Shown piece by piece: positions 1 through 12,724 of a DNA stretch of 64,000 nucleotides. The stretch covers positions 27,226,991-27,290,990 of the forward strand of contig JAHRHZ010000111.1 of NCBI GenBank assembly GCA_024137785.1. The letters are read 5' to 3'. The stretch is from Ginglymostoma cirratum (Eukaryota). Made by a program: the position numbers and the translations under genes. How positions within the stretch are numbered: position 1 is the stretch's first letter; each line of letters starts with the position of its first letter. A model generated the notes under the pieces. That model searched no databases and had not been told where the DNA came from. It saw only the letters and a list, made by a program, of their open reading frames with translations.

Positions 1-990
1 GAAGATGTTTGGCCTCCAAAACACAAGAACTTTCTTTGTGCTAGGTATCACTTCAACCAGTAAAGAGTTTACCCTGATTCCCAAAGACTTTAATTGAACA
101 AAGGTCTCTTATTGCAACATTAGTTAAATGTTGCCTTGATGCCGAGGACAATCACCTCAGCTTTGGACTTTAGATCATGTGTCCATGTTTGGACCATGGC
201 TTTAGTGAGGTTTAGAGCCAAACTAAGCATTGGTGAGCAGATATTGTTGAGTGAGTATCATTCGACAGCACTGTTGATGACAGTCTCCATTACTTTGCTG
301 ATGTTTGAGAGTTGTCTTATTCGTTGGCATTAGTTCAGATTCAATTTGTCTAGCCTTTTGAAGTCAGGATGGTTTTCCGCTTTGTGGAATAGACACCAGT
401 GTTTTACCTTGGCTAGAGGAATGATTAGTTTTGAATCCCAGATTTTCAGTGCTGTAGCAGCTCTGCTGTTGTGGTATCTCAGGCTTCTGTATCCGGTGCC
501 TTCAGCCGATTACTGATATCATGTGCAGTGAACTGAATTGCTGAGGACTGGCTTCTGTAATGCTAGGGGTCTCTGGAGGATGGATTATGTATTTGGCACT
601 TCTGTCTGAAAATATTTGTCATTGTTTCGGCCTTACTTTTTGCATTGGCATGTTGGACCCCACCACCATTGAGAATGGGGATTCCTATGAAGTCTCCTCT
701 TCCATTTAATTATTTGATTGTACGCACCCATTCATGTCCGAATGGAGCCAGACTGCAGAGCTTTGTTCTGTTGGTTGTGGGATCACTTAGTTCCCTCTAC
801 ATCATGTTACTTCTGATATTTAAAATGTAAATTATCTTGTGTCGTAGCTTTACCAGACTGGCATCTAATTTTTGGCCTGCCTGATTCTTTTTTCGTGTAC
901 TTTGCCATACTACTTTGCCATTGAATGAGAGTTGATTTCTGGCTCGATGCTAATGGTAGCCAAAGGTACAGGTCGTGTCATGAGGATTAA
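1..990 (-). mobile_element. Degraded CR1/L2-group LINE ORF2 fragment (same family as 12725-15708)
   Basis: Collinear similarity to about 13690-14720 (e.g. tgtccatgtttg, gcactgttgatga, ttggttgtgggatca); no intact ORF. Confidence 0.7.
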
Positions 991-1775
991 GGTTACAGTG
1001 CAATAACATTCTATTCCTCCTGAGTTTCTACTTTGAAAGAACAGTCATTCCTTACTTTTTCACTTCTGACCAGATTTTGGTAGTGAGGGAGAAATCAATG
1101 CTGTTGGTGAGATTTCTCACACTTAAAGCCTCCTTTGTGTTCCTTCCATCATTAAAAGCGTGTTCCTTTCCATTCCTGCATTCACCAGCACTAACAAAGT
1201 CTCGTCTGTGAAACTAACTTCGACATTGCAGCTTTGCTCATAATCATGATTCCCCACACCGTATAGATTTTTAGACTTATCGGAATCATGACAAGCTAAC
1301 TAGCTCACTCGCTGTTTTAAAGGAACTCAGTAGCGCAGGAGTGCTGTGATCGGTTTCATTGCGGTGACTAACAGGCCCATATTTCTCGCTGTCACAGTTG
1401 ATTGATTTCATGAATAGGTTCTTAAGATTTGAGAAAAATAATTCTCGATTCTGTTTGATGACTGAGGCACCCCAAGCGCATTGTGGTCCAGCTGGTACTT
1501 GAAATTATTACAATGTATAACACTGGTGAAATGTGCTCAGCAACAATAATTTATATTTATATAGCACCTCATGTTTCCAGCTAATTTAATGCATATCTTT
1601 AAATTTTGAACCATGCAGAGATAATGACCATCCCTGCTAATCACCAGAGCTGTACATGTATTCAGATGTTGAAGGGAATCCCGCTAGCATTGTATCAAGG
1701 ATCAACCATCCAACTTGTAGTTTAAAGATGCTTTTGACTGACTTTTGCTTTGTGAGGTAATTGCAAATACTGCAA

Positions 1776-1965
1776 TATGGAGCTGGAGTAACACAGCATG
1801 ACAGACAGCATCAGAGGAGCAGGAAAGCTGATGTTTCGGGTCGAGACCCTTCTTCAGGCCGAAATATCAGCTTTCCTGCTCCTCTGATGCTGCCTGGCCT
1901 TCTGTCTTCCTCCAGCTCCACACTGTGTTGTCTCTGACTCCAGCATCGGCAGTTCTTACTGTCAC
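1776..1965. mobile_element. Short fold-back Penelope pLTR insertion (family A)
   Basis: Inverted arms cagcatcagaggagcaggaaagctgat / atcagctttcctgctcctctgatgctg; TSD tgcaaatactgcaa 1762-1775 and tgcgaatactgcaa 1966-1979. Confidence 0.8.
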
Positions 1966-2488
1966 TGCGAATACTGCAAACTGTTTTTGAAGGTGATTTT
2001 GGTCTGACAGCAACCACAATGCCTTCACCATAGGAAAATTGCTATTCCTGCCTTCTTTGGATGAACATCAAAACTAAAGGCTGGCTATCTGGAGCACACA
2101 TTTGCACAAGTAACTCTCCCCTTGGCTATCCAACCAAGCAAGATCAATGGATCTGCATGAAAACTATGCTGCCACCAGAAACATCATGCAGTGGCAGCTT
2201 TCTTCAGTAAAATTTCATTGGTTCAGAGGATGAGATATAAAAGACTCAGTAGAACTGCTCTCTGAGCTACTACTGATCTACTGTATTTGCTGCACACAAT
2301 GAAGTTTCCTTTACGCGGGGGGAACGCAGCACAAATTGGGCGACCACTTTGCAGAACACCAGTATGCTGTCCACAAAAGTGACCTTGAGCTTCCATTTGC
2401 CTGCCACTTCAATATACCACTGTGCTTCTCGACCAACATCTCTGCCTCAGGCTCACTGTAGCGCTCCAATGAAGCTGGAAGAACAGTA

Positions 2489-3049
2489 TCAGAGATAAAA
2501 GGTACTGCAGATGCTGGAGAATCCGAGATAACAATCATGGGGCTGGATGAACACAGCAGGTCAAGCAGCATCATAGGAGCAGGAAAACTTGACGTTTCGG
2601 GCCGAAACCCTTCATCAGAAANNNNNNNNNNNNNNNNNNNNNNNNNNNNNNNNNNNNNNNNNNNNNNNNNNNNNNNNNNNNNNNNNNNNNNNNNNNNNNN
2701 NNNNNNNNNNNNNNNNNNNNNNNNNNNNNNNNNNNNNNNNNNNNNNNNNNNNNNNNNNNNNNNNNNNNNNNNNNNNNNNNNNNNNNNNNNNNNNNNNNNN
2801 NNNNNNNNNNNNNNNNNNNNNNNNNNNNNNNNNNNNNNNNNNNNNNNNNNNNNNNNNNNNNNNNNNNNNNNNNNNNNNNNNNNNNNNNNNNNNNNNNNNN
2901 NNNNNNNNNNNNNNNNNNNNNNNNNNNNNNNNNNNNNNNNNNNNNNNNNNNNNNNNNNNNNNNNNNNNNNNNNNNNNNNNNNNNNNNNNNNNNNNNNNNN
3001 NNNNNNNNNNNNNNNNNNNNNTTCCTGCTCCTATGATGCTGCTTGACCT
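2489..3049. mobile_element. Fold-back Penelope insertion (family A) with a 400-N assembly gap inside
   Basis: Inverted pLTR arms on both sides of the gap (2622-3021); TSD gctggaagaacagta 2474-2488 / 3050-3064. Confidence 0.85.
2588..2621 (-). ncRNA. Minimal type I hammerhead ribozyme in Penelope pLTR
   Basis: Minus strand ttt-CTGATGA-a-GGGT-ttcg-GCCC-GAAA-cGTC-aag: complete core, stem II, palindromic ACGT stem III. Confidence 0.75.
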
Positions 3050-4694
3050 GCTGGAAGAACAGTACCTCATTTTTCCACTTGGGGACCCTGCAGCTTTCTG
3101 GGCTCAATATGAGTCAAACAATTTTAGGGCCTGAGCACCCTCTCCCATGTCCTTACCCCAAATCCTACACATGAGACCTTGTCATCACATGACTGCAGCC
3201 CAAAACAACCCATTGTCAGCCCTATTAGCATATATTTTCCCAGGCTGACCTTTAACCATTCCTTTGTCTGCCCAACTGTTTTATTTCTTTCTCTGGGTTT
3301 CATTTCCACCTATTGTTTACTCCTCCTCCTTGCCCACCCCATCTTTAACATATATACCAACCATTTCCTAGCTACAATTAGTTCTGAAGAAGGGTCACTG
3401 GACCCAAAATGTTAACTCCTTTTTTTTCTCCGCAGATGCTATCAGATCTGCTGAGACTTTTCAGCAATTTTTGCTTTTGTTTCTGACTTCCAGAATCCTT
3501 ATTTCTTTGTTTTCTTTTGCTCTCTGAGTTAGTTGTGGTGTACAACTTCTCTGTTATGAGGACCCAGGCATTGTCACCAGGTATCTGGGGGTAACTTGTG
3601 GGATGGAGAGGAGCTGGAAGAGGAGGCAGTGAGTTGGTAGTGTGGTTGCTTAGGTCAAACATTACTGGCAATATGATATGGTCTGAGCGTTCCCCAAATG
3701 TTAGCCCTTCTTATATATACCATGAAGACTGGGTTCTTGTTGAGACAGATCTTTTGAAGTGCAACAACACTAGCTATTACATTGTGATAAGATCTTGGAC
3801 TTACCCATAGTCTGGGTTCTGTGTTTACTGATGTTATGGTTGCATTACATGACTGTAATGTCACACATAGCTGACTGACTGACTACACACCTCTGAAGGT
3901 GTGGCCTTTACAACAGAATGAAACATGTGAGATCATCTGACTGTCTTGAAGGTACATTGCCTTTGTTTGCAACAATACAAGAGGTTATATTTACTCCAGT
4001 GAGCAATCCATCAGCACCGATAAGGGTCTAGTTCCCTCTAACCATCATCTCCTCACCATCATGGTCCCACTATTCCAGACATTGCGATCTGCTGACATGT
4101 CAAATCACAGGACATTTTGGCCAAATACTCCAATAAAAACCACAAACAGAAACATCTTCACCATAACTTTACCCAACAGCACAACTGAGTATACACATAA
4201 AATTAAATTGATCACCCTTGTAGAAAGGCAAAGTATTCAAGATGCTGTATATCTGAACCATTGATTCCTTTACTTGTCAAAAATTGGTCTATCTCAGCTT
4301 TGAATATACTGATGACTCAATCTCAACAGCCCTCTGCAACAAGGAATTTGAGAGAGAAGAAATTCCTCCTCATCTCTGTCTTGAAAGTGTGACTGTTATT
4401 CCAAGATTATGCCATCGGCTCCTCGACTCTCCCACAAGGGGAAAGAACTTTTCTGCACCTACCCTGTCAAATCCCCTAAGAAATTTATAAGTTTCAATAT
4501 GGTTGCCTCTCATTCGTCTGTATTCCAAAGGTACAGGTCCAACCTAGTCAACCTCTCCTCTAAGACAATTTCTCCATACCAGGCAAATACCAGGTATATC
4601 TGGCAAATAAACCTTCTCTGGACTGCCTCCATGGCTGTATATCATTCCTTAGGTAAGTGGACCAAAAATGTGCACAATATTCCAGCTGTGGTCT

Positions 4695-4776
4695 TGAAGG
4701 CCCGAAACGTCAGATTTCCTGCTCCTCTGATGCTGCTTGGCCTGCTGTGTTCATCCAGCTCCACACCTTGTCATCT
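4695..4776 (+). mobile_element. Very short family A pLTR insertion beginning inside the hammerhead
   Basis: aggcccgaaacgtcag...caccttgtcatct; TSD ctgtggtct 4686-4694 / 4777-4785. Confidence 0.75.
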
Positions 4777-4944
4777 CTGTGGTCTGACTACTGCTTTGCA
4801 TAGTTTTAGCAAAGCTTCCCACTTTTATTTTCCATTCCCTTTGAAATAAAGGCCAACATTCCATTTGCTTTCCATATTACCCATTGAACTTGGATACTAA
4901 CTTTTAGTTCAAGGACAAAGACTTCCAAATCCCTGTGTTCCTTA

Positions 4945-5138
4945 ATAAAAACTAAAAGAACTGCAGACGCTGTAAATCAGGAACAAAAACAAAAAGTTGC
5001 TGGAGAAGCTCAGCAGGTCTGGCAGCATCTGTGAAGGAAAAAACGGAGTTAACGTTTCGGGTCCGGTGACCCTTCCTCAGAACATGTCACCGGACCCGAA
5101 ACGTTAACTCTGTTTTTTCCTTCACAGATGCTGCCAGG
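4945..5138. mobile_element. Fold-back Penelope pLTR insertion (family B)
   Basis: Near-perfect inverted repeat centred at about 5083; TSD ccctgtgttcctta 4931-4944 / 5139-5152. Confidence 0.85.
5047..5083 (-). ncRNA. Minimal type I hammerhead ribozyme (family B)
   Basis: Minus strand gtt-CTGAGGA-a-GGGTC-accg-GACCC-GAAA-cGTT-aac: core, perfect 5-bp stem II, stem I gtt/aac. Confidence 0.75.
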
Positions 5139-6724
5139 CCCTGTGTTCCTTAGCTTTCCCCATTTAAATAATATTCAGCTCCTCTATTCTTCCTGCCAAA
5201 GTACATAACCTCACATTTCCCCACATTATATTCCATCTGTCAAGTTTTTGCTTATTCACTGAATCTATTTCCCTCTGCAGACTCATTGTGTCATCCTCAC
5301 CACTTGTCATCCATTCACAAACTTGGCTATCATACATTTACTTCCCTCATCCAAGTCAGTAACACATATTGTCAACTATTGTAGTCCCAGCACTGACCCC
5401 TGTGGCACACCATTACTTACAGGTTGCCATCCTGAAAATGCCCCCTTGCTGCTTCATTCATCCTAACTCTCTGTCTTCTTTAGATAGTCAATTCTCTGTT
5501 GATGCTAATATACGAACTCCAAAACTATGGCTGTTATCTTATTAAGTAGCTTAATGTGCGGTACCTTAACAATCTTCCTTTGAAAATCCTAATATATTAT
5601 ATCCACAGCTTCCCTTTTATCTATTATGCTTCTTACCTCCTCAAAGAATTCTGGTAAATATGTCAGATATGATTTCTCCTCATGGCGTGATGCTGACTCT
5701 GCTAGTCATATTATACATTCCTAAATGCTCTACTTTTACATCCTATGTAACATGCTCTAACATTTTCCCAATTACAGACATTAAGTTAACTGGACTAAGT
5801 TACATTTTTTTGCCTCCTTTCCTTTTTGAATAAAAGTGTTACGTAGTTTTCCAATCCCTGGGGACTTTCCCAGAATTGAAGTATTCTTGGAAGATTATGC
5901 TATCAGTGCATTCAGCACTGCTATAGCTACTTCCTTCAATATCCTCGGATGCATCCCATCAGGTCCAGGGAAACAAGTTTGGAATGCTCTCAGTGTCCTT
6001 TACTCTGAAGGCTGATGCAAATTATTTATTCAGTTTGTCTGCTATTTTGTGGTTCTCCATTATTATTTCCCAGCCTCATTCCATAATGGGCTTATGTTCA
6101 CTTTGGCTTCTCTCATTCTTTTTTTATCTGCCTGTAGAAGCTCTTACTGTCTATTTTGGTATTACACGCAAATATGTGTCCTCAATATTATTTTTTCTCT
6201 TTATTATTCTTTTGATCATCTTTTGTTGTCATTTCAAGTGGCAGTACTTTTCTGTCAGTGGTGCAGTGTTGCTCTCACCCTTCTCCCTGTGGCTCACCAT
6301 ACAGTGGGTCTGGGATATCTTAAAGCAGAAAATTAGAAAGAAAGGCTTAGGATGAGGCAGTGTGGCCAGCAAGTAGGATGTCCACAGTCAGATCACCCGG
6401 AACTTGCACTTGATGCCTGATAAATAGGGTGATGGTGGGATGGGAATTGAGTAAAGGCATAAAGTAGGAGCATACCACCATCCTGAATCATCCCATCAAT
6501 GGCAGGTACAACTGGCTCTTAGCACAGTCAGACTTATGTTACGGAGAATCATCTTCTTCCTAGGGCTGAGGAGATTTGGCTCTGCTCGCTGTGATTGTGT
6601 GTGAGTGAAGAATGGAAATGTTTGTTTTGTGATGTTTTTGGTGATATCATACCCTTACTGAATAAGCTGGCAGAGCATGGAGGCAGTGAGGCTGATATAA
6701 TTGGAAGAAGTGTCAGAACTGGAA

Positions 6725-6880
6725 GAACTGGAATGCTATGTACCAAAAGTTTCAAGAACAGCTTCTGCCCTGCTGTTATCAAAGTTCTGAATGGATATCT
6801 CAAATTTTAAATTTAAATATTGATCTCACTCTTTGTGCGCCTTCGCTGTAGCTGTAACATTGTATTCTTCACTCTAATCG
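6725..6880 (+). mobile_element. Rex1/Babar-like LINE 3' end fragment
   Basis: accaaaagtttcaagaacagcttctgccctgctgttatc encodes TKSFKNSFCPAVI, resembling the Rex1 C-terminal RFKNSFFP motif. Confidence 0.55.
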
Positions 6881-6899
6881 TCTGAATATTCAACCTGAA

Positions 6900-7530
6900 T
6901 CCTCATTGCTGCAGATGAATGAATGATGGGAGTGTGTTGCATTGAGCAGTGTGAATTTGGTGGTTCAGTAACTATGAGATGTCATGTGAAGAAAATAATT
7001 CACTGTTGTCATGACTGAGTGACACTTTTGACCATCCTGTGGCAATGCGTCATGGCCCAGCTCTGGTTTTGACCTTGCTGGTCACCTTCCCCCATTTCCT
7101 CTGAAGGGATTCCTTAAAGGCCAACTGGCCTCCATAAAAAGTTAGCCATTCTCCTCTTGTTAGTCTCCTTCATTAAAGTCTCCTGTGATGCTTTTGTCAA
7201 ACTGACAGCCTCTCTCTTCCTTGATATTCTTTTAGTTCAGCTTCAACTTTGGACCCGATGTGTATGACCAGCAATTAACATCAATCTGTTTCTAATGGAC
7301 ACAGCTCCACTTTAAGGGGAGGCAAACTGCCTTTAAGAGCTGCCGGCTACCTGGAGCATGTGCCTGTTGTGTAGTTGTTAAGCCTTCTGTTGAGTATGCA
7401 GCCCATCAATAGTGCAGAAATACTAGGCTGAATGTTGCAATCATTTCCATGAGGAGCAGTGCAAATTTCACATGCCGCCTAGCTCAATGAAACCAGGCAT
7501 CGGCAGATCACAAATTGTGACCACAATGCT
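6900..7530 (-). mobile_element. Possible PIF/Harbinger remnant (Myb/SANT-like ORF start)
   Basis: Minus-strand translation near 7150-7220 weakly resembles the N-terminus of Harbinger Myb-like proteins; highly decayed. Confidence 0.3.
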
Positions 7531-10244
7531 CAGAAATAAGAGTGAACCAATTTTCTGCTCTGATTCTCCAGATAAGTAAAATCTTTAATTCCAGAGATGG
7601 ATAGCTTCATTATAGAGGAGAGCCACAGAACAAAATGTCCTGTAAGTAAAAGAGCATAGTGATTTAAATGCTGATGGAAAAGATAGTAAAATTATAATCT
7701 TACAGCTAGCTATAATCAATTAACCTACTGTGCCAAAAGCAGGAAAGCTTACTGGGCTTTAAGAACTGTTAAGCTTGCTCCTTAATAAAGAAATGAGCTG
7801 CCTCTGAGGATTTTACTAACATTGCTGGACCAGATTTTTCAAGTTACAAAAGTCTGTCAGTGCACAGTGTGTTGAATTGCTAACATTCTAGGAGATGTAC
7901 CAGTTTTATGATCAGAATGTTTTATCGTGCAAAACTAGAGAAGCAGGTGGCAATTAAGTAAATTTTTGCAGCGGAGACTTAGCTGAAAATTTCAACAAAA
8001 ATCTGTCCCTATAAAATAATTTCTTGCCTGAATACACTGATGTCAGGTATCATTACTGACTGCTGTCATGGTCAAAAAAAAAGCTTCATGACATTTATCT
8101 CTGTGGCAACATGGCTTAAGGTCTGGATTTTGGAAGCAGTGACCAAACCGCAGAAGAAATGTGGGTTTACTTGATCGATGAATATTCAGGATCAGAAACC
8201 TTTTATTAGTCAACTCCTGCTCAGTGCAACTCATCATTAATTGATAAGAGAGCAAGGAAAAAATTATTTGCCAAAAGGTTAACTAGATTGCTGTGAAGTC
8301 TCTTGGATAATTTTATTTGTGAAATGTGTTTAGGTAAACCATGCGCAAAATATCATCAGTGGAAACGTTGGCCCTCAGAAAAAAGAAACAAGAAATCATT
8401 TAGAATTATTACTGAGGGAGAGACGTTTAATAGGTAAATGCTTGTTACAAATTCAGTTTGAGTACCGACTGTGATGGCAGTTAGTGAACTTTGACCTTTC
8501 CTGCAGACTGGGTTGATGGGATTAGCTGAAGCTGGCTCTAGCCCAAAAAGCTGAGACATGACATAAGCTCCAGGGAGATAACATACTTTTTAATTACTGT
8601 GCCAAGCCTCTGTCGATGTTTTGTTTTTAAAATGTATTCCAAAAATGGATCACTGAGTTATTTGACACAAGGGGGCAACAACAAGATAGCATAATTATAT
8701 GTGAAGAGTCTAAAAATAAAATGCAAGGTGTAAAATATTTGAATCTCAGATGCTAGCTGCCATTTGTATTTCATTTTGCTGCAGTGACAGCACTGTCTGA
8801 ATGACCCAGAGTGCAGTTAAATCCAGAAAAATACGTATCTAATTTGCTTAGGAGTGCCATCCTTACATCACAGTGCTTTTGTAATGGAATGAGTGGGTTG
8901 CAATACATAGGATTTTATATCTCAATAAAGTATCTCCTTGTTTACATTAGGCAATGTCATCAGAATCAAAAGTTAGGTTTCATTCCTCATTTCTGTCTAA
9001 TTTAAAATCCTTTTCCTCAAAATGTTGTCTCATTCCTCACATTGTCTTCATTATCCGTTTAGGCATTCCGTTCTCTAATCCCTTTTGCTTTGTTTGTATC
9101 TCCAGCATTGAATGTGATAGCCAGTCTGTTGGCCCCATCAACTAATTACGTGGAAATCAAGTACACTCAATCAGTTTTGGAGAACAGCAACTCATGGGCT
9201 GCTGAGTTTACAAAATGCAAAATAGTAGCTTTGGCTTGGTACCATGAAAGCTACTCGGCTTCTTGTTAGGAATTTATTAAAAATGACACTTAAAGGCTCT
9301 ATGTGTAACAGATTGATGACAGTGGAATCACAATACTATCAATTGCAACTGGCAAAGTATCAAATAAAGCAAGACTAAAACCCTAAATATCTATAAATGT
9401 TTTGATCTGCTGAGTAATTCAGGTAGGACGATGGTAGAACCCCCAAAATAAATAACACAGATTGCTGAAGACAGTTGCTAATGCTGTTTCTCCGGAGGCA
9501 GTGGTGCTTGCCCATTGAAGTCATGATGACATAACTTTGGATAACATTTAGGACTCACCTCTTTAATGTCTTCAGTAATGCTCTAGCATTTCCATGGTCG
9601 AATGAGGAAAAAAGAGAGATAGATTTGGCTTTTTTATTTGTTTAATTTCTTTCCCTCTTCTTTCCCAATTTCATTCTTTTCTTGCCTTAATAATGGTGGG
9701 TTCCATCCCAAAGGTTCTAGGAGCTCTGCAACATCTTTCCTAAGTGTTAAATCTTTGTGTGCAAGCTGAATTACCTTTCCTCACTTTTGCCAGGATCATT
9801 TTCAAAAATACATAGTTCTGGTGAGGTAAGATTTTCATCCCTAACCCCCTGACTCCTGCAGAGTCCTCCAAAATTCAAGTTAGTTACTTGACTTGGATGG
9901 AGAATGGGGATATTTGCAACACATGGTGGATTTTCAATGAGATTCTCACTACTAAGAGGAAAACCAACGAATGTGAAGGCCAAAAACCTCTGCAACTGCA
10001 ACAGAAAATCTACAAGGACTTTTCCAGTCAAAAAATGCTTGAGACTTCTTTCAAAAGATGGAAATTAAACTCCTTCAAAACCTTTCCTTCCTAAGACTTC
10101 TATATCTGCTATTGCCACCTTTTATATATGCTATTAAGTGGGGCAGACCACTATCTACTAATCAAGAGAATGGAGTCCATCTGATTTCAAACCAGCTCAG
10201 ACCATCCACACTAACCTGTCTGAGATCAACTGACTAAAATTGGA

Positions 10245-10700
10245 GTCATAGAGTCATGTAGTGTGGAAGCAGACCCTTCAGCCCGTGCCGACAATAATCC
10301 CAAACTAAAGTAGTCTGACCTACCTGCACTTGGCCTATATCGCTCCACACAGTTCTGATTCATGCACTTATCTAAATGGCTTTTAAATGTTGCAACTATA
10401 CCCACATCCACCACTTCTTCAGGAAGTTCATTCTACACACGAACCACCCTCTGTTTAAAAAAATTTCCCCCATGTCTCTTTTAAATCTTTCTCTTCTCAC
10501 TTAAAAAATACCCCCTAGTCTTGAAATCCCCACCCTAATTAAAATAAACCCTCCTATTCACCTTATCATGCCCCTCATGATTTTATAAACCTCTATAAGG
10601 TCACCCCTTAACCAACTATGGTCCAGTGAAAAAAGTCCTAGTCAATCCAGTCTCTCCTTATAACTCAAACCCTCCAAACCCAGCAACGTCTTGAAATTCT
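10245..10700 (-). mobile_element. CR1 LINE 3' end
   Basis: Reverse complement of 37800-38190-type sequence; tail gagtcatagagtcat. Confidence 0.8.
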
Positions 10701-12724
10701 ACACGGTTTAAGAATATAATTGCACTTTGGGACCTCAAAATATTTTTCTCTGAATTCATTCCACAAATATCATATATTCATTTTGCTTATTTAGTAGTGC
10801 ACTTGCACAGCTTAATTTTACTTCCTTTTATTGATAATTGGAAGATCTGTGGTAACATGCTCAAGTGGAATATTCACAACCTTTGTTCATTCATGGGATG
10901 TTGGGATCACCAGCAGCATTTGTTAACCATTTCTAACTGTGTTTAAGGTGATGGTGAACTGCTTTCTTTGGCTGCTACAGATCGTGGAGTGTGGAGACCT
11001 GCACAATGCTGTTATAAGGGTGAAATGTTTGGACAGTACCAGCACCAATCTTTATTGAAAAGCCTACAGCATTGGTTGTATTAAGCCTCTTTTAATATCA
11101 GGTTTAACTCTAAATGAAGAATCTCACAGTCAGAATTCTTTTTGCTCTGTTAATATTAAAGATACTGAAGATAGCTCCTTTCCAGAAGATGGATGGGGCT
11201 GAGTTCTTAAGTGTGTTTAGGGTCAGAAGATCAGAGCAAGTAATCAATAATAAGGGTGAACATGTGTATAGGCCCCACTCAGTCACTGGCGTTTTGCAGT
11301 AACCAAATAATGGCTGTCATTTTTAGTATCACACCACAGCTTGCCTACTCTTCCTCTTGACTGCAGCAAAATAAGAGGTGGCATGTTGGTGTGCTAATGT
11401 GTGTATGCTGAATACTCCAAAACAAAATGCAAGAAAACCAATGCTACCTTGCAGAGAACTGTTTCAAGAAAATGGCCAACGACTAAAGGTACAAGTGGGA
11501 AAAGAGTGCGCAAATTGATTGAGGATCACTCTTACAAATATTGCACAATACTCAATCACTTTCTGCCAGCACATCCTGCCTGACATACCGCACAGCACTC
11601 ATTCATTCCGACCTTACATCAGCCAGCACATCACACTGTGCTCCATCAGTCACCTACTTCAGAGCATCTAAAAGAAAGAAACAGCACTTACATCATTCAA
11701 CAGCACTTCCCAGCATTCAGTTAATGTCTCCCTTATATTCTACATTGCTATGCAGTGTTTAAATATCCTACCTGGCCTTGAACAAATCAAAGCTGCATCA
11801 GACATGATTAAAAATTGGAGTCAAATTAGATGAATAATACTTACTTACCACAGATTCACAATATTTTCAATTTTCTTCATTGAAATAACCCAATAAGTCA
11901 ATATCGTCAATCAGTGCAATGAAACACCATGGATCGTCCTGCTTTCAGATTACACCTTTCGTTTCTTGTCAAAAAAAGGGTCAAAATTATTAATATTAAG
12001 TGGAAAGGAAAATAATTTTCCTTCAAAACTTCAGAAATTACCTCAAAATCCTGCAATATACTTTACGAAATATATTCTTATAGCCACTTTGCCACCTCTG
12101 TTTTTTTTTAATTAGTTTTCCATTCCAAACAAATGAAATCAAGCAACTGCATACAAAAAGTAATTTTAAGGAAAGTTTGTAAATGAAACGGTTGATGGGC
12201 CAATTATCATTCTGCAACATTCCCTCAATAGGGTTTCATAACCTATCTGTAATGAAGTCAGCCACAATGTGTTAATTTTTAACTCTGGTTTGATTTAGGA
12301 TTACTAGGTAACAGGACCGGTGTGAAATTCACCTATTGCCCCACTTATTTTAATTTCCACACCTCTGTAAAATCACACATCCAATAATGTGATTACATTA
12401 ATAAATTTTGTGATTGGACAACATTTGCTAAGTAATCCTGATTATGAAAAGAATTTTGTTTTTTTTATCTTTTGCCTGACTTGCTGCCTATCTGTCTCCT
12501 AGCATGCAGAACAAGAGGCTCTTTACCTGCAACACAAGGTTAACTAGTGGGTGGTTCTTCGACTGTGACCTTCAAAGCACATTAGCACTGAAACCCAGCT
12601 TAGCACATACAATTATCCCAATTTACTGGCAGAGGAGTGCCTCTGCTCACTAGCATACTTTCCTCCATTAGCAGACACAGACCAGTCCATAGGTTCAGGT
12701 TCAAGTTGTAGTGAATTTTTTAAA

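Larger units (their letters stand above)
2310..3500 (+). mobile_element. Old Penelope-like element 3' part (family B, GIY-YIG region plus pLTR), split by a younger family A insertion
   Basis: Similar to 57240-57880 (gaccactttgcagaaca, ccacttggggaccct); degenerate hammerhead at about 3380-3416. Confidence 0.75.
4215..6180 (-). mobile_element. Degraded CR1 LINE (RT and 3' region), interrupted by two PLE insertions
   Basis: Reverse-strand similarity to the CR1 at 36625-38190 (cccagcactgacccctgtggcacacca encodes the GVPQGSVLG motif on the minus strand). Confidence 0.75.

Noticed and set aside
2537-3134. Long ORFs spanning the N gap (also 49311-49787)
   Set aside because: Artefacts of translating N runs
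9794-9825. 32-nt segment between a good acceptor and GAG|GTAAGA
   Set aside because: Not frame-preserving, peptide unrecognised, borders decayed repeat-like DNA
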